Assembly: GCA_010356995.1 (NCBI GenBank)
Contig: ML996687.1
Span: forward strand, 63,803-127,802
Length of the DNA: 64,000 nucleotides
Source: Trichodelitschia bisporula
Lineage: Eukaryota
Direction: 5' to 3'
In this document: one piece after another, positions 36,773-48,347 of the stretch
Numbering within the stretch: the stretch's first letter is position 1
Layout: each line of letters begins with the position of its first letter
Program-made: the position numbers and the translations under genes
The notes under the pieces: generated by a model
What the model saw: the letters and a program-made list of their open reading frames with translations, nothing else
Databases searched by the model: none
What the model was told of the DNA's origin: nothing

Positions 36773-39615
36773 ATGTCAGACAACACCCGCTCCTCACGAT
36801 GGCAGCCCTACCAACGGCTCGAGAACCCGATCCCCGAAGAATCCTTCGATAACACGCACCACGGCCTGGGAATCGACGCTCCGGGCGCAACCAGCGCCGG
36901 CGTGTCCCCGCCTACCCCCGCCCCACCCACTTTCTCCCGCCGCGACACGGGCGGCTCCATATCGCGCGTGCCGGTCGGCGGGAAGAGTCCTCCTGGCAGC
37001 GCGGATCCGTTGCTGAGCCCGAGTACGGCGCCGGGAACACCGGGGCTGACGCCGGGACTGACGCCCGGGCGTGCGTCTGGGAGTACGGCATACGATCCCG
37101 GGGCGTATTTTGCGGGGGAGGATTATGCACGGGACGGGTTGTATGCGGCGGCTGGGACGGGGCAGAGGAGGTATGCGGATACGGATCCGTTGAAGAGGAG
37201 GAGTATGGCGGCTGGGTCGATGATGTCGCAAAGATCCGTGTATGAGAGTGAGTGCGCTTGAGGAGTGGGGATCTGTGATGGCTAATAGTTCCAGATGAGT
37301 TCAATCCGCACGAGTGCCCGACGCACAAGGACTTCCACCAGGGACGCGCAAACTGGCTCGCGATATCGATTCTATGTCTCGCGCTGTTTAGCACCGTGTT
37401 CAGCGGGATCTTCGTCGGGATCGCGCTGGCGGCGCCGCGGTGGGGGCGCACGATTCGCAAGGGCGGGGCGCTGACGGCGAGTTCCGCTTATGTGCTCACT
37501 AATATCTTCGCGAAGCTGATTGAGCTCTCGTTTGTCACGGTGTTTGTGACGTTCCTGGGGCAGGTGCTTAGCCGGCGCGCGTTTAGTAAGGACTCGAAGG
37601 GGGTCAATCTCGCGGAGTTTAGTATGCGCAATTGGGTTATGCAGCCGGGGAGTATGGTGACGCATTATGAGAGCGTGCAGTATGCAGCGCTCACTGCGTT
37701 GGGGGTGTTGAGTCTTGCGAGCACGGTGCTGGCGATGCTGTATACCACGGCGTCGGGGGCTTTGGGTACGTTCTCCCCGTTGACTGTGACTTCTGGCTGA
37801 CGATGCAGTCGCCCCGTATCTCAAGTTCGGCGGCTGGGAGCACAAGCCGCTCGTAGGCCTCGTAACAACCTCCTTTGCCAACCCAATCTACCTGCAAAAG
37901 ACGTGCAAAACGCCCATCGGAGTCTCGGGATGGGACCCGGACTTCACCGAACAACTCGTCGGGACCACATGTCTAGAAATCGAGCACGCAGCGCAAGGAT
38001 ACCACAACTACGTCAAGTACATGTCCCACTGGGCCGACCTCAAGAGCGCGGGGAACAGCACGACAGAGCAGCGCTACCGCCCGCCGGGCTTCGCGCTGTT
38101 TAACGAGAACGTCACGGTCAACGCCTCCTGGATCGAAATCCACGACGTCGCCGCCACGAGCGCCAAATTCGGCGGCCGGATTATTAACAACGTCACGCTT
38201 GCGATGCCGCACGTCGGCGTCGTGGCCGCGGCCCAGGACCCGAAGAACAATATCCTGCAGCCGCAGGACCTGGACGGGCAGGGCATTTATGAGCTACACG
38301 CCGGCGTGCCGTCGCCCTATCTCAACGTTCTCTGCGCCAACGTAGCGAAGTCCGAACTCGCACCCCTCGTCTACGAAACGCAGCCCAACGTCACCCTAAA
38401 CTCCACACGGGACTTCTCGGAGCTCAGCACGCACTGGATGGGCGAGATGAACTGGAGCAACTGGACCCAGCGCCGCACGCCCCTGCACGACGTGTTCGGG
38501 TGGGACGAGACGAATCTCGCGCCAGGCTTCTACAAGTTCCCGATTAAATTCAACACGGTGCTGAATGCGACGGGGGCTTGGGGTCGCGAGTCGGTATATC
38601 TCCTCGGCTTGGGCGCGAACGAGGTCGCCGCGCCGAAGAATCAGAGTTATGTGGTGTGCGGCGTGCGCGCGGGGACGACGCCGCATTGTAGCACAAGGTT
38701 TGCGGCTATGGGCGCGGGGGGCGAAATGAGTGCGCACTGCGAGGACCCCGGGGATGAAATGGCGTTCATACATGGCAATTCGAGCCGTACGGTGGCGCCA
38801 TCCAAGGACTGGTTCAATGTCGGGATTACGACGATGATGAGTATGAGTTTGAACACGGGTGTCACGGATGGCGCGGCGTCGAATAGCCGCCTGCTCACGC
38901 AGCTTATTCTCAAGGAACCGCGCTTGGATCCGGGGTTGCCGAGTATTGCGGAGGCGTTGGGGGTTATGGTGGGGTGTAGTTTGCTGATGGCGAGCGAGGG
39001 CGCGCCGTTCGTTGAGTTTTGGGTGCGTCCCCTTCCCAGAAACAGGACCAAGAAAGCTAATAGAAGCAGAACTACTCGGCAAACAACAACATCCTCTCCC
39101 CAGGCCAATACCAGACCTTCAACGCCTCGATCCGAGCCCAGCAATACGCATCCGGCGGCGTCCTGCCCTACCAGCGCGGCTTCCACCTCGTGCTCATGCT
39201 CGTCTTCCTCACCAACATCTTCGTGCTGTGCTACTTATTCGCGAACAAAGGGCTGGTGACCGATTTCTCCGAACCCCCCAACTTATTCTCCATCGCGGTT
39301 AACAGCCCGCCGAATCGCCTCCTCGCCGGTTCTTGCGGCGGCGGCCCCGAGGCGCACCAGTACAAGGTCAACTGGGCGGTGGAAATGGAGGGGAGTCATC
39401 TGTATATGACGGATAAGAGCGGCGGGCTTGAGGCGGGGTATAGCGCGCCGAGCACGGGGCGGGTTAATGAGGGGGGCGTGGAGTTTGAGATGGAGAGTCC
39501 GACGACGCCTAGGACGCCGGTTACGCCGGGCGGTACTGCTGGGGGGGTTAGGAGGAGTGGGACGAGGATTGGGAAGGCGTATGAGATGTTGGCTAAGAGG
39601 AGGAGTTTTCTGTAG
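36773..39615 (+). CDS. Fungal multi-pass membrane protein of unknown function, 4 exons
   Basis: Exons joined by introns at about 37247-37294, 37766-37808 and 39023-39069. Three N-terminal TM segments, a large N-glycosylated loop, then a TM followed by LVTDFSEPPNLFSIAVNSPP. Confidence 0.8.
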
Positions 39616-39934
39616 ATTTTTTCTGGGTTCGGAGGATTTCATGATTGGTGAACGATTTTAGCGATGTGATGCTGGTTGGCGGAGGCGCTGGCTGGTTGAG
39701 GATTTATTCGTGGTTTCGGGATCGGAAGAGCGGAAAAGGAGGCCATGTGTATTGTCTATTCTACGGTCGATGGATGTCCTGCTGAATGGGGGCATCGATA
39801 CCATGTGGCGCGATGCGATTATCTGATCCGGGATGAAGCTGAGGGAGGCTTTGGGGATATCGCAATTGAAGTCTATCCGTCTATATCATGACCGGCTAAA
39901 TACAAGACTACTCTAGGATCATCTCCAGCTCCAT

Positions 39935-41419
39935 CTACTTGATATACTTCTTCAGTCCCCGCAACCGCTCCTTCGCCTCCTCCAAGATATGGTCCTCCTT
40001 GCACACCGCAAAGCGCAACCAATCCTCTGCAATATGCGCATTCTCCGGGACGAAGAACTCAGTCGGCGGAATGCACGCCACGCCCAGCTCCATAATCAAG
40101 AACCACGCAAGCTTAAAATCGCGCGGACGGTTCGCCACAATGGGCGGGAACACGTAATCAGGCGGGAGCTGCACGCGCGCGAAGTTCGCGAGCACGAAGT
40201 AGCCACCCTCGGGATCCGAGTACTAAATCATCAGCATCATCCCCCATCCCAAAGCAAGACCTAACTCACCGTCAACCCCAGCTCATCCCAAATCTCATTA
40301 AACTTATCCATCTTCCCCTTCATCTCCCTCTTCGACTCCTCGAAAAAACCCCTACTCTCCGCCTCCTCAAACCCTATCGCCGTCGCCTCCTGCAGCGGAC
40401 TCACGCTGCTGTAACAGATCCGCGTATGCGCCGCCGCGACATACTTAATCAGCTCCTCGGGCCCGATCAGCCACCCCACGCGCCACCCCGTGCAGTAGAA
40501 CACCTTCCCCCCGCTCCCCACTGTGAGCGTCAGTGCCGCGATCTTGGGCGAAAGGGTTGCGATCCGCGTGAAGGGGACGTAGTACAGCTGGTCGTACACT
40601 TCATCCGAGAGGATTAGGATATCGTGCTTCACGCAGATCTCCCCGATGGCTTGTAGTTCCGCGCGGCTGAACACTTTGCCGATCGGGTTGTGCGGCGTGT
40701 TGAGCACGACCATGCGCGTGCGGTCTGTGATCGCGGCTTCGAAGGCGGCCATGTCGAGATTCCACTCGCCAGCGCTGGTGTTGCGGCTCGCGCCATCCGC
40801 GGGGGGCGTCATGGGGACGTACACGACTTTGCCGCCTGGCATTTCGATGTTGGAAATGTACTGGTCGAAGAAGGGCTCAAACACGATAACCTCATCCCCC
40901 TCCTCCACAAACGCCATGAACGCGCTGAGCATGCCCTCGTTGGCGCCGGTTGTGATTACGACTTCCTTGTCCGCGTCGATGGCGCGCTGGTAGAAGGGCG
41001 AGTAGGCATTTGCTAGGGCTTTACGGAGACGCGGACGGCCTTTGGTGGGGGAGTATTGGTTGCAGTCGACGCGGTCGAGGGCGCCTTTCGCGGCGTCGAT
41101 TACGAAGGCTGGTGGGTTGTAGCCGAAGAAGCCCTGCCCCATGTTGACGATGGGTTGGATGGGAGAGGCGGCGGCGGCTTCGTTGATGATGCTCCTGGGG
41201 GGGTTAGGATTTGCATAGTGAGGAGAGGGAGACGCACCAGACATCCTGCTGCTGCGCGCCGAAGCGTCGTGAGGGCTTGATACCACGACCCATATCTCGA
41301 GTGCGGGTGGAGAAGTAAACGCGGGGTGCGATTCTTCGTGTACAGGCGCGGGGAATTGGCAGCGCAGCACGAACAAGACCACAATGGAGAAGATGCGGCA
41401 CTTTCCCCCTCATACTCAC
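39935..41419 (-). CDS. BNA3: Kynurenine aminotransferase-like class I PLP enzyme, 3 exons
   Basis: QDVW|SIINEAAA across intron 41195-41237, NMGQGFFGY, LNTPHNPIGKVF, SDEVYD, GSGGKVFYCTGWRVGW, LRFAVCK. Confidence 0.92.
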
Positions 41420-41647
41420 ACGCTCATGGAATTTATATCCAGAACGTGGCGGGCGACCGGCGTGAGATGGTGCAAGAGTCGAGTCACAGTCAGCCGCCGT
41501 CGCCGCTTACCCCGAATAATATTCGGCATTCTGCCCCGCGGCCCGATGTCGGGGCAAACGGCGCGTCTCACGCAAGCCATGACGCGCCTCGCGAACTTTC
41601 TTACTCCGTTTCTTACTCAACCTCACCACATCTCCGCCACCGCAGCC

Positions 41648-43255
41648 ATGGTCGCCTGCCCCATCTGCGGCCGCGTCGTGCGCGAATCCGCGATCAATCA
41701 GCATATTGACAGCGGGTGCAAGTCTTTCGTTGTGGAAGATGAATCGCGCCTCCCGCCGCCGTCAGGCGCCTTCTTCCAACCTCTAGCCAAACGATCAAAC
41801 GCCAGTAACGGGAGCAGTGCGAAGAACAAGACACAGATCGCACCGGCGGCATCTCAATCTACGCCCAAGTCATCGAGTCCGAATACCTCAACCCCGAAGA
41901 ACACCACGGCCCCGAAGCCTTCATCCCCTGTCGCCGCCCCCGAGAACAACGGCAAACGCCCTCCGCCCGATGTCATCGACGACCCCGAGCCCACACCTAA
42001 GCGCAAGCAAACCGCCAAAAACGCCATCCTCTCCTCCATGCCCTTAGCCGAACGCATGCGCCCGCGCTCCCTCTCCGACGTAATCGGGCAATCCCTCATC
42101 GGACCCTCCGGCCTCCTCCGCGGCCTCATCGACACCAAACGCGTCCCCTCGCTCATCCTCTGGGGCAGCCCAGGGACCGGCAAAACCACCATCGCACGCC
42201 TCATCGCCTCCACGGCGGGGTACCGCTTCGTCGAAATAAACAGCAGCAGCAGCAACGTCGCAGAGGTCAAGAAACTGTTCTCCGAAGCACGGGCCGAGCT
42301 CGGTCTCACGGGCCGCAAGACGTTGCTGTTCTGTGATGAGATACATCGGTTTAGTAAGACGCAGCAGGATGTGTTCCTCGGCCCCGTGGAGGCGGGGAGT
42401 ATCACGCTGGTGGGGGCGACGACGGAGAATCCCTCTTTTAAGCTTGTGAATGCGCTGTTGAGTCGGTGTCGCGTGTTTACGCTCGCGCCGCTAACGGAGG
42501 GGGACATAGTTTCCATTCTCCGCCGGGCGCTCGCGTCGGAGTGTCCTAAACCTCCGCCCTTGATAGACGACGCCTTCCTCTCCTACCTCGCCTCCTCTGC
42601 CAGCGGAGACGCCCGCACAGCACTCAACCTCCTCGAACTCAGCCTCTCCCTCGCCTCCCAGCCCAGCACCACCCTCAGCAGCCTAAAAACCGCCCTAACC
42701 CAAACGCACATCTACGACCGCGCCGGCGACGCGCACTACGACCTGATCTCCGCGTTCCACAAATCAATCCGCGGGTCCAGTCCCGACGCCGCACTTTACT
42801 ATCTCGCGCGGATGCTGGCGGGCGGCGAGGATCCGCTCTTCATCGCCCGCCGGTTAATCGTGGTTGCGAGCGAGGATGTGGGGATGGCGGATTGTTCCCT
42901 CCTCCCGCTGTGTGTCGCGGCCCACGACACGGTTATGAAGATCGGGTTGCCGGAGGCGCGGATCGCGTTGGCGCATGCCACGGTCGCGACTGCTTTGGCG
43001 AAAAAGAGTACGCGGGTGTACAGGGCGTTGAATGCGGCGATGGCGGTTGTGGAGGGGGAGGGGCGGGATTTGCCCGTCCCTGTGCACTTGCGGAATGCGC
43101 CGACACGGTTGATGAAGGAGCTCGGGTATGGGCAGGAGTACAAGTATAACCCTGACTTTGTGGATGGGAGGGTGAAGCAGGAGTATTTGCCGGAGAAGCT
43201 GGTGGGGCGGGTGTTTCTCGAGGAGAGGGATTTGGGGACCAAAGTGGATCCCTAG
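41648..43255 (+). CDS. MGS1: Mgs1/WRNIP1/RarA AAA+ ATPase with N-terminal UBZ zinc finger
   Basis: MVACPIC..INQHIDSGC, PLAERMRP, Walker A GSPGTGKTT, Walker B FCDEIHRF, GATTENPSF, HLRNAPT. Confidence 0.96.
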   Translation: MVACPICGRVVRESAINQHIDSGCKSFVVEDESRLPPPSGAFFQPLAKRSNASNGSSAKNKTQIAPAASQSTPKSSSPNTSTPKNTTAPKPSSPVAAPENNGKRPPPDVIDDPEPTPKRKQTAKNAILSSMPLAERMRPRSLSDVIGQSLIGPSGLLRGLIDTKRVPSLILWGSPGTGKTTIARLIASTAGYRFVEINSSSSNVAEVKKLFSEARAELGLTGRKTLLFCDEIHRFSKTQQDVFLGPVEAGSITLVGATTENPSFKLVNALLSRCRVFTLAPLTEGDIVSILRRALASECPKPPPLIDDAFLSYLASSASGDARTALNLLELSLSLASQPSTTLSSLKTALTQTHIYDRAGDAHYDLISAFHKSIRGSSPDAALYYLARMLAGGEDPLFIARRLIVVASEDVGMADCSLLPLCVAAHDTVMKIGLPEARIALAHATVATALAKKSTRVYRALNAAMAVVEGEGRDLPVPVHLRNAPTRLMKELGYGQEYKYNPDFVDGRVKQEYLPEKLVGRVFLEERDLGTKVDP

Positions 43256-43715
43256 GTCGAGGATGAGGGTGGGGATGATGGGAGGTTCGATTGGTCGTAT
43301 CACAGACACACATTTTAGATCCGAGGACGTGGTGACGGTATTTTAGCGGGCGTAGTGCTTCACGGGGCGTTGGCGAGCGGTTCTTTGTGCTTTCTAGAAT
43401 GATACCTTGAGGCGATGTGGCTGCGAGGCTGCAGCCTTGTGTACTTAGGAGTTGCGGATCACGTGTCTTAGACGACGAGCATCTTTGATCGAGTACGGCG
43501 CCGGAGAATGGATAGCGAGGAGCATATTCCAGAATGGAGATAGAGGCGGATGGTCTCCTAATAACTTCGATTTTTAACATTGGCAGCCTCGGCTGACACC
43601 ATGGACAAAGACGATGTCCACGACCAAAGGAAGACGAACCATCGCCATCCCGATCGGTAGTGCTAAATGTACAGTAGTGATGGCTACACTCACCACCTAC
43701 AGTATGGTTCAATAC

Positions 43716-46199
43716 CTAAACCTCCACCCCCTCAACCCCCCCCCTCTNNNNNNNNNNNNNNNNNNNNNNNNNNNNNNNNNNNNNNNNNNNNNNNNNNNNN
43801 NNNNNNNNNNNNNNNNNNNNNNNNNNNNNNNNNNNNNNNNNNNNNNNNNNNNNNNNNNNNNNNNNNNCCCCCCTCTCATCCCTCCCCACCTCCTCACACA
43901 ACCCCTCGCCCCCCCACGCCCCACTCACCCTCGGCGTCACAAACCCCACCCTCAGCCTCCACTCCAGCACCACGCCGCTGGTCACAAACTCCGGTGTCGC
44001 GGTCAGGGGTATCGTAAGCGCCACCGCCACACGTCTTGCAAACAACCCGCTCTCGGCGGCGTACCCGTGCACCCTGCGGGTCGCGCGGGCGATGGCGGAG
44101 GCGGACCGCATGGCGATGGCGGCGTCGACCTTTTCTGCAGACTCGAGTGCGACTTGGATGCCGTAGACGGGGATGTCCGCGGCTGCGCAGTCTACGACCA
44201 GGGCTACTGTTTCGCCTAAGCGGAAAGCCGGGCGGGCGAGGAGCAATGTACAGACGCGCCGCCCCGAGCGCGCGATGTCGAATTTATTACTCAGTGGGGC
44301 GGGGGAGCCGGGGGACGCGTGGTTAGCGCGCAGGATAGCGAGATCGATAGCCTGTTTCGCCGTACGCAGATCTTCCGTAAAGGAGGGGCGGCGCGAAGAC
44401 GCGGGCGGCGAGGTAGGGGAGAGGAACGCGGCGCCCGGCCGGGGCTTTGTGAGGAGTGAATCGACGTAATGCAGGAAGGCGGGCAGGTCGGTGTCGTTGC
44501 CCGGTGGCGGTGCGGGGTAGGGTGTGAGGGAGAGGTCGGTTGTGCGCGCGGTGGAGCGGAGGAGGATGTATGGTGCTAGCAGGTCGTGGCCGAGGATGTC
44601 GCCGCGGGCTGGGGGGTTAGCTTTAATACGAAATAATGGGGGAGGCGTACCATTGACGCTGCCAAAGACCCGGAATGGCACGTCTACACTCCGCACATTG
44701 AGCTCGCGCCCCGTACCCGCGCGCTGCGTCCCAACGGTGAGGTGATACTCGACCTTCATTGCGCGGCCCTTATGCGTCGGGGGAAGACCACGGGGGAGCG
44801 TAAACGAATACCCGTAGCTCCTGCTCTCGCCCGGCGCGAGCTTGAGGTCAACGAAGAGAATCGCCTGCGGCGTCGACAGCAGCGGGATAGCCTTCGCGCC
44901 CGCAATTCCGCGCATCTCCTTAATACTGCTCAGTTCGGCGCCCCCGAGTAGACCGCCTAGCGACTCGCCGATGTTGCCCCACCCTAGTGCGCCGAACAGC
45001 CCGCTCTCGCGCTTTGTGCGCTCTACGCCGACGACGCCCCCGCCGCCGTGTCCGCCGAGCACACCTTTGCGCTTGATCTCTTCGAATGGGGCTTGGTTTA
45101 CTAGTGAACCGTCTAGCGTGAACGAGCCTGCTACCTGCGCATACCCCATCATCAGCGTCTCGGGCCCACGAGGCTGCAGCGGTACTCGTTGTCCCGAGCG
45201 CGACGGCGCACGCGTATGGTTCCGCGGAAGCAGCCGAGCCGACGGCTGCGGGACGTACTCAGACACAAGTGTCTCGTCGGAGTGATTACTCATAGAGTAT
45301 AGGTCAAGCGAGGAGCGCGGCGTACCCGCCACACTCGCCTCAGCCATGATGCGCGCAATAGGATTCGCATCAGACTCCACCGGCGGCGGTTGGCGCGACG
45401 AACCGCGCAGCGCCGCGACGCGAGTTGTACGTGGACTGACCGCAGAATCGGGCTCGGGTGTTCGCTCAGGGGTGTCGTCGGGCGGGAAGCGGAAGTTGGA
45501 TTGCATAAGGGAGGGAGATCTCCGCTGTGGAACGGGACTGCGGCGGGGACGTTGTTGCGGGGCATCGTGTTCTTCGGTTAGGATCGGCGGGGATATAGAT
45601 GGGGCTTGCGGGATCATGGGTGAGGGCAAGACACCGCTACGGAGAGGCGGCGTACCGGACGTGTCGGCCCGGCTGCGGGCGACACTGCCGTTCGGTGGGC
45701 CTGTGTATGCACCATTGCCGCGGCGGGGAATTTGTAGACTGGACGACCGGCCGTGGCCGCGGCCTGCCTTCCGCGCCGTGTCCAGTGGTCCCCGCGGCTC
45801 GGCCGTGGCATCCGTTGTAATGGAAATGATAGACAGGCTACGGCCATGTCTCGGTCGCGCAGGCGCATTGCTCGCAGTCGTTTCCCCAGGAACGGAGGGC
45901 TGTGTCGCATGCGGCACCGTAGAGAGCGAGAGTGTTGGGCGGTGACCACGCTGTTGCTCGGGAACCGGCGCGCGGGAGCTAGAATTGCGGCTCAGCGAGG
46001 GGCGGGTAGAGGACGTAGGCAGTACAATGCGGGCGCGGTGATCATAGGCGCGGTCGCGGGTACGGGAGGGCGAGTGCTCGGTGCCGGGGAGGGGGGCGGT
46101 GTTGGTGAAGGTTATGGTGCATTGGACGTCTTCGCCGGCGAATACGGCGGCTTGGTCGAAGGAGACGGAGACGCGGATGTTGGAGGGGGGGGGTGACAT
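43716..46199 (-). CDS. RGP1: Rgp1 (Ric1-Rgp1 Ypt6/Rab6 GEF subunit); 3' end falls in or near the gap
   Basis: IRVSVSF..VFAGEDVQCTITFTN, ETLMMGYAQVAGSFTLDGSLV, IPLLSTPQAILFVDL, TPEFVTSGVVLEWRLR. Probable short intron near 44590-44650. Confidence 0.88.
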   Translation of the reverse strand: MSPPPSNIRVSVSFDQAAVFAGEDVQCTITFTNTAPLPGTEHSPSRTRDRAYDHRARIVLPTSSTRPSLSRNSSSRAPVPEQQRGHRPTLSLSTVPHATQPSVPGETTASNAPARPRHGRSLSIISITTDATAEPRGPLDTARKAGRGHGRSSSLQIPRRGNGAYTGPPNGSVARSRADTSGTPPLRSGVLPSPMIPQAPSISPPILTEEHDAPQQRPRRSPVPQRRSPSLMQSNFRFPPDDTPERTPEPDSAVSPRTTRVAALRGSSRQPPPVESDANPIARIMAEASVAGTPRSSLDLYSMSNHSDETLVSEYVPQPSARLLPRNHTRAPSRSGQRVPLQPRGPETLMMGYAQVAGSFTLDGSLVNQAPFEEIKRKGVLGGHGGGGVVGVERTKRESGLFGALGWGNIGESLGGLLGGAELSSIKEMRGIAGAKAIPLLSTPQAILFVDLKLAPGESRSYGYSFTLPRGLPPTHKGRAMKVEYHLTVGTQRAGTGRELNVRSVDVPFRVFGSVNGTPPPLFRIKANPPARGDILGHDLLAPYILLRSTARTTDLSLTPYPAPPPGNDTDLPAFLHYVDSLLTKPRPGAAFLSPTSPPASSRRPSFTEDLRTAKQAIDLAILRANHASPGSPAPLSNKFDIARSGRRVCTLLLARPAFRLGETVALVVDCAAADIPVYGIQVALESAEKVDAAIAMRSASAIARATRRVHGYAAESGLFARRVAVALTIPLTATPEFVTSGVVLEWRLRVGFVTPRVSGAWGGEGLCEEVGRDERGXXXXXXXXXXXXXXXXXXXXXXXXXXXXXXXXXXXXXXXXXRGGVEGVEV
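43748..43867. other. Assembly gap (120 N)
   Basis: Run of n; interrupts the RGP1 3' end. Confidence 1.
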
Positions 46200-46489
46200 T
46201 TTTTTGACGGCCGGGAGACAGCTGCGGTAGCGGGGAGCGAAGGTTATCGGGTGGGGAAGTCCATGATACGGAGGTGGCGGGTTGAAGCTTGGTGAAGCTC
46301 TGGCGATGGTGATGCTTGCGGAGATGAGGTCGGCGCTGACAGCTCTAAAGCCGGGTAACTGCCCTAAACGCGCTAACCGCATCCAGCCCCGCCAAAAAGT
46401 CCTCCACCTCACCTCCGCTCCGCATCACCACCCCCGCATACATACCGCAGTACAATTCCCCCCCTCCCACCACCCACAATACCGCAACA

Positions 46490-47218
46490 ATGGTGCAAAT
46501 AGCTCAGCGCATGCGGCGCTTAAGAACCGTATATCTCCTCTATTCCCTCCTGTCAATGCCGCTAACCCACCGTAGAAAGTACGCCCCAGAGCCTCCACTG
46601 TCACGCCGCACCTTCACTAACGCTACAGCTCCTCGCCATCCGCATAGGCCCAGGCGCTGCCGTTCTTCCCCCGACAGTCTCCCGCATACACATGGACTTT
46701 GCCGTGCGCATCAACCAGGGGCATCGGGGGCCGCGGTTCGTCTCCCCACTCCAACCCCATCCCCACTCCAAAGGCATCGAGCGCTGATATGATATGTCTC
46801 CCACAGCCACTTCTGGCGGCACATGCTCCCCCGCCTGAAATACCACAACCCCGCCGTGCCCATGACTATCTCACGCACCGAGGACCAAACCGCCCCGGCC
46901 ACACTGAGCGTATGGCTGCGCGACTCTACCTTTCCCCCGAACCCAAACCCAGCGTCTAGCGAAGCCCCCACCCCCACCTCCGCAGAACGGCTAGTTACCA
47001 TCGACATGAAAAACAAGTCCGAAAATGAGATATTGGATGCGTTTCTAGCCACCACGCAAGGGACACCCGTATACCCAACCCCCGAGGAAAAGCAGCTAGC
47101 CCTTGACATCGAGGAGTACCGCGCGAAGAGTTTGAAGGATAGTTTGCGGGCGAAGGCGGTGCGGGAGGCGGAGTTGCGGGAAAAGAAGATGTTGGAGATG
47201 GCGCGGGGGGCGGTGTAG
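46490..47218 (+). CDS. MRP49: Mitochondrial ribosomal protein, L51/S25/CI-B8 family (Mrp49-like), 4 exons including a 3-nt micro-exon
   Basis: MVQIAQRMRRLRT-K-LLAIRIGPGAAVLP..GHRGPRHFWRHMLPRLKYHNPAVPM. Introns 46529-46575, 46579-46628, 46736-46806. Confidence 0.85.
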
Positions 47219-47306
47219 CGCCGTCAGGGTCGATAAATCATAGATGGTCATGAAAGGCATGAAATAGCGCTGTGTACACTACATTAAACTCCCGCCCATG
47301 CTAGAC

Positions 47307-48347
47307 CTACTCCGCAACACCCCTCCACCACGCCACAACCCCAAGCACAAAAACCACAACCAACGCATCCGCCACAACCGTCCGATACACAACCCCATAC
47401 CTCCCCACACCGAGCACAATCCCCTTCCAGGGCTCCGGCAGAAAACCACTCACTAACCCCACCATACCCGACGGCGCACCCCGCCCCTCCACCGCAAACC
47501 GACTCGTCTGCAGCACAGCCTGTACTGCCGCAAACAGTGCAAACAACCTAGGGGCCGAGTCGACCAGCGCAGCGTCGCGGGCGGCGGCTGAGCCGGTGAA
47601 GGATGTCGTGAGTGCGATGTAGATGGCGAGGCTGAAGGCGAGGACGGTGTGTACGATGCGCCAGAGGTAGCTTGTGGTGCTCGGCGGCGACGCTCGTTGC
47701 TGGCCAGGCATGCCCGGCATGCCCGGCATGCCGCCCATGTCGCCCAGGCTGCCGAGTAGCTGCTCCAGTCCCGGGGGCATGCCTTCCATGCCGGGCATTT
47801 GGCCGGGAGGCGCAGACCCACCGCCTGGCATGCCTCCCATACCAGGCATACCCCCCATGCCGGGCATGCCCTGCCCGCCGGCACCCATCATCTGCTGCAG
47901 CATCATCATCATCGGATCGGCCGCGCCCGGCGGCGGACCCATCTGTCCGCCCATCTGTCCCATGGCAAAGGGATCCCGCGGCGTACTCCGCGGAACATAG
48001 TGATGCTCGCTAATATCGATTTCCTCGGGATCAGGCGCCTCGTAGCTCGCCTGCTTGGGCCGTGTGATGTTTTGCTGCGAGGCTGCGGCGCTCGGGGCTG
48101 GGGTTGGTGTGGGAGTTTGCTTGGGTGTAGGGGCAGGGGAGGGGACGCGGGCTGGGAGGTTAGCGGGGTGAGAATGGGAGGGGATATGATGGGGTGAGAA
48201 AGGGGGGGGCGTACTGGCTTCGGCCTCCGCGGCGTGCTGCCGCCCGCTCATGCCGACGATTTGCTGGATGCGGTTTGCGCCGTCCGCCGCGCGCTTTTCG
48301 CGCATGAGGCGCGCGCGGCGCTGGGCGGGGGATTCGGTGGAGGACAT
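47307..48347 (-). CDS. GET2: GET complex subunit Get2-like ER membrane protein
   Basis: N-terminal ESPAQRRARLMREKR, Met/Gly/Pro-rich linker, three C-terminal TM helices; short in-frame intron near 48152-48214. Confidence 0.7.
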   Translation of the reverse strand: MSSTESPAQRRARLMREKRAADGANRIQQIVGMSGRQHAAEAEASTPPPFSPHHIPSHSHPANLPARVPSPAPTPKQTPTPTPAPSAAASQQNITRPKQASYEAPDPEEIDISEHHYVPRSTPRDPFAMGQMGGQMGPPPGAADPMMMMLQQMMGAGGQGMPGMGGMPGMGGMPGGGSAPPGQMPGMEGMPPGLEQLLGSLGDMGGMPGMPGMPGQQRASPPSTTSYLWRIVHTVLAFSLAIYIALTTSFTGSAAARDAALVDSAPRLFALFAAVQAVLQTSRFAVEGRGAPSGMVGLVSGFLPEPWKGIVLGVGRYGVVYRTVVADALVVVFVLGVVAWWRGVAE

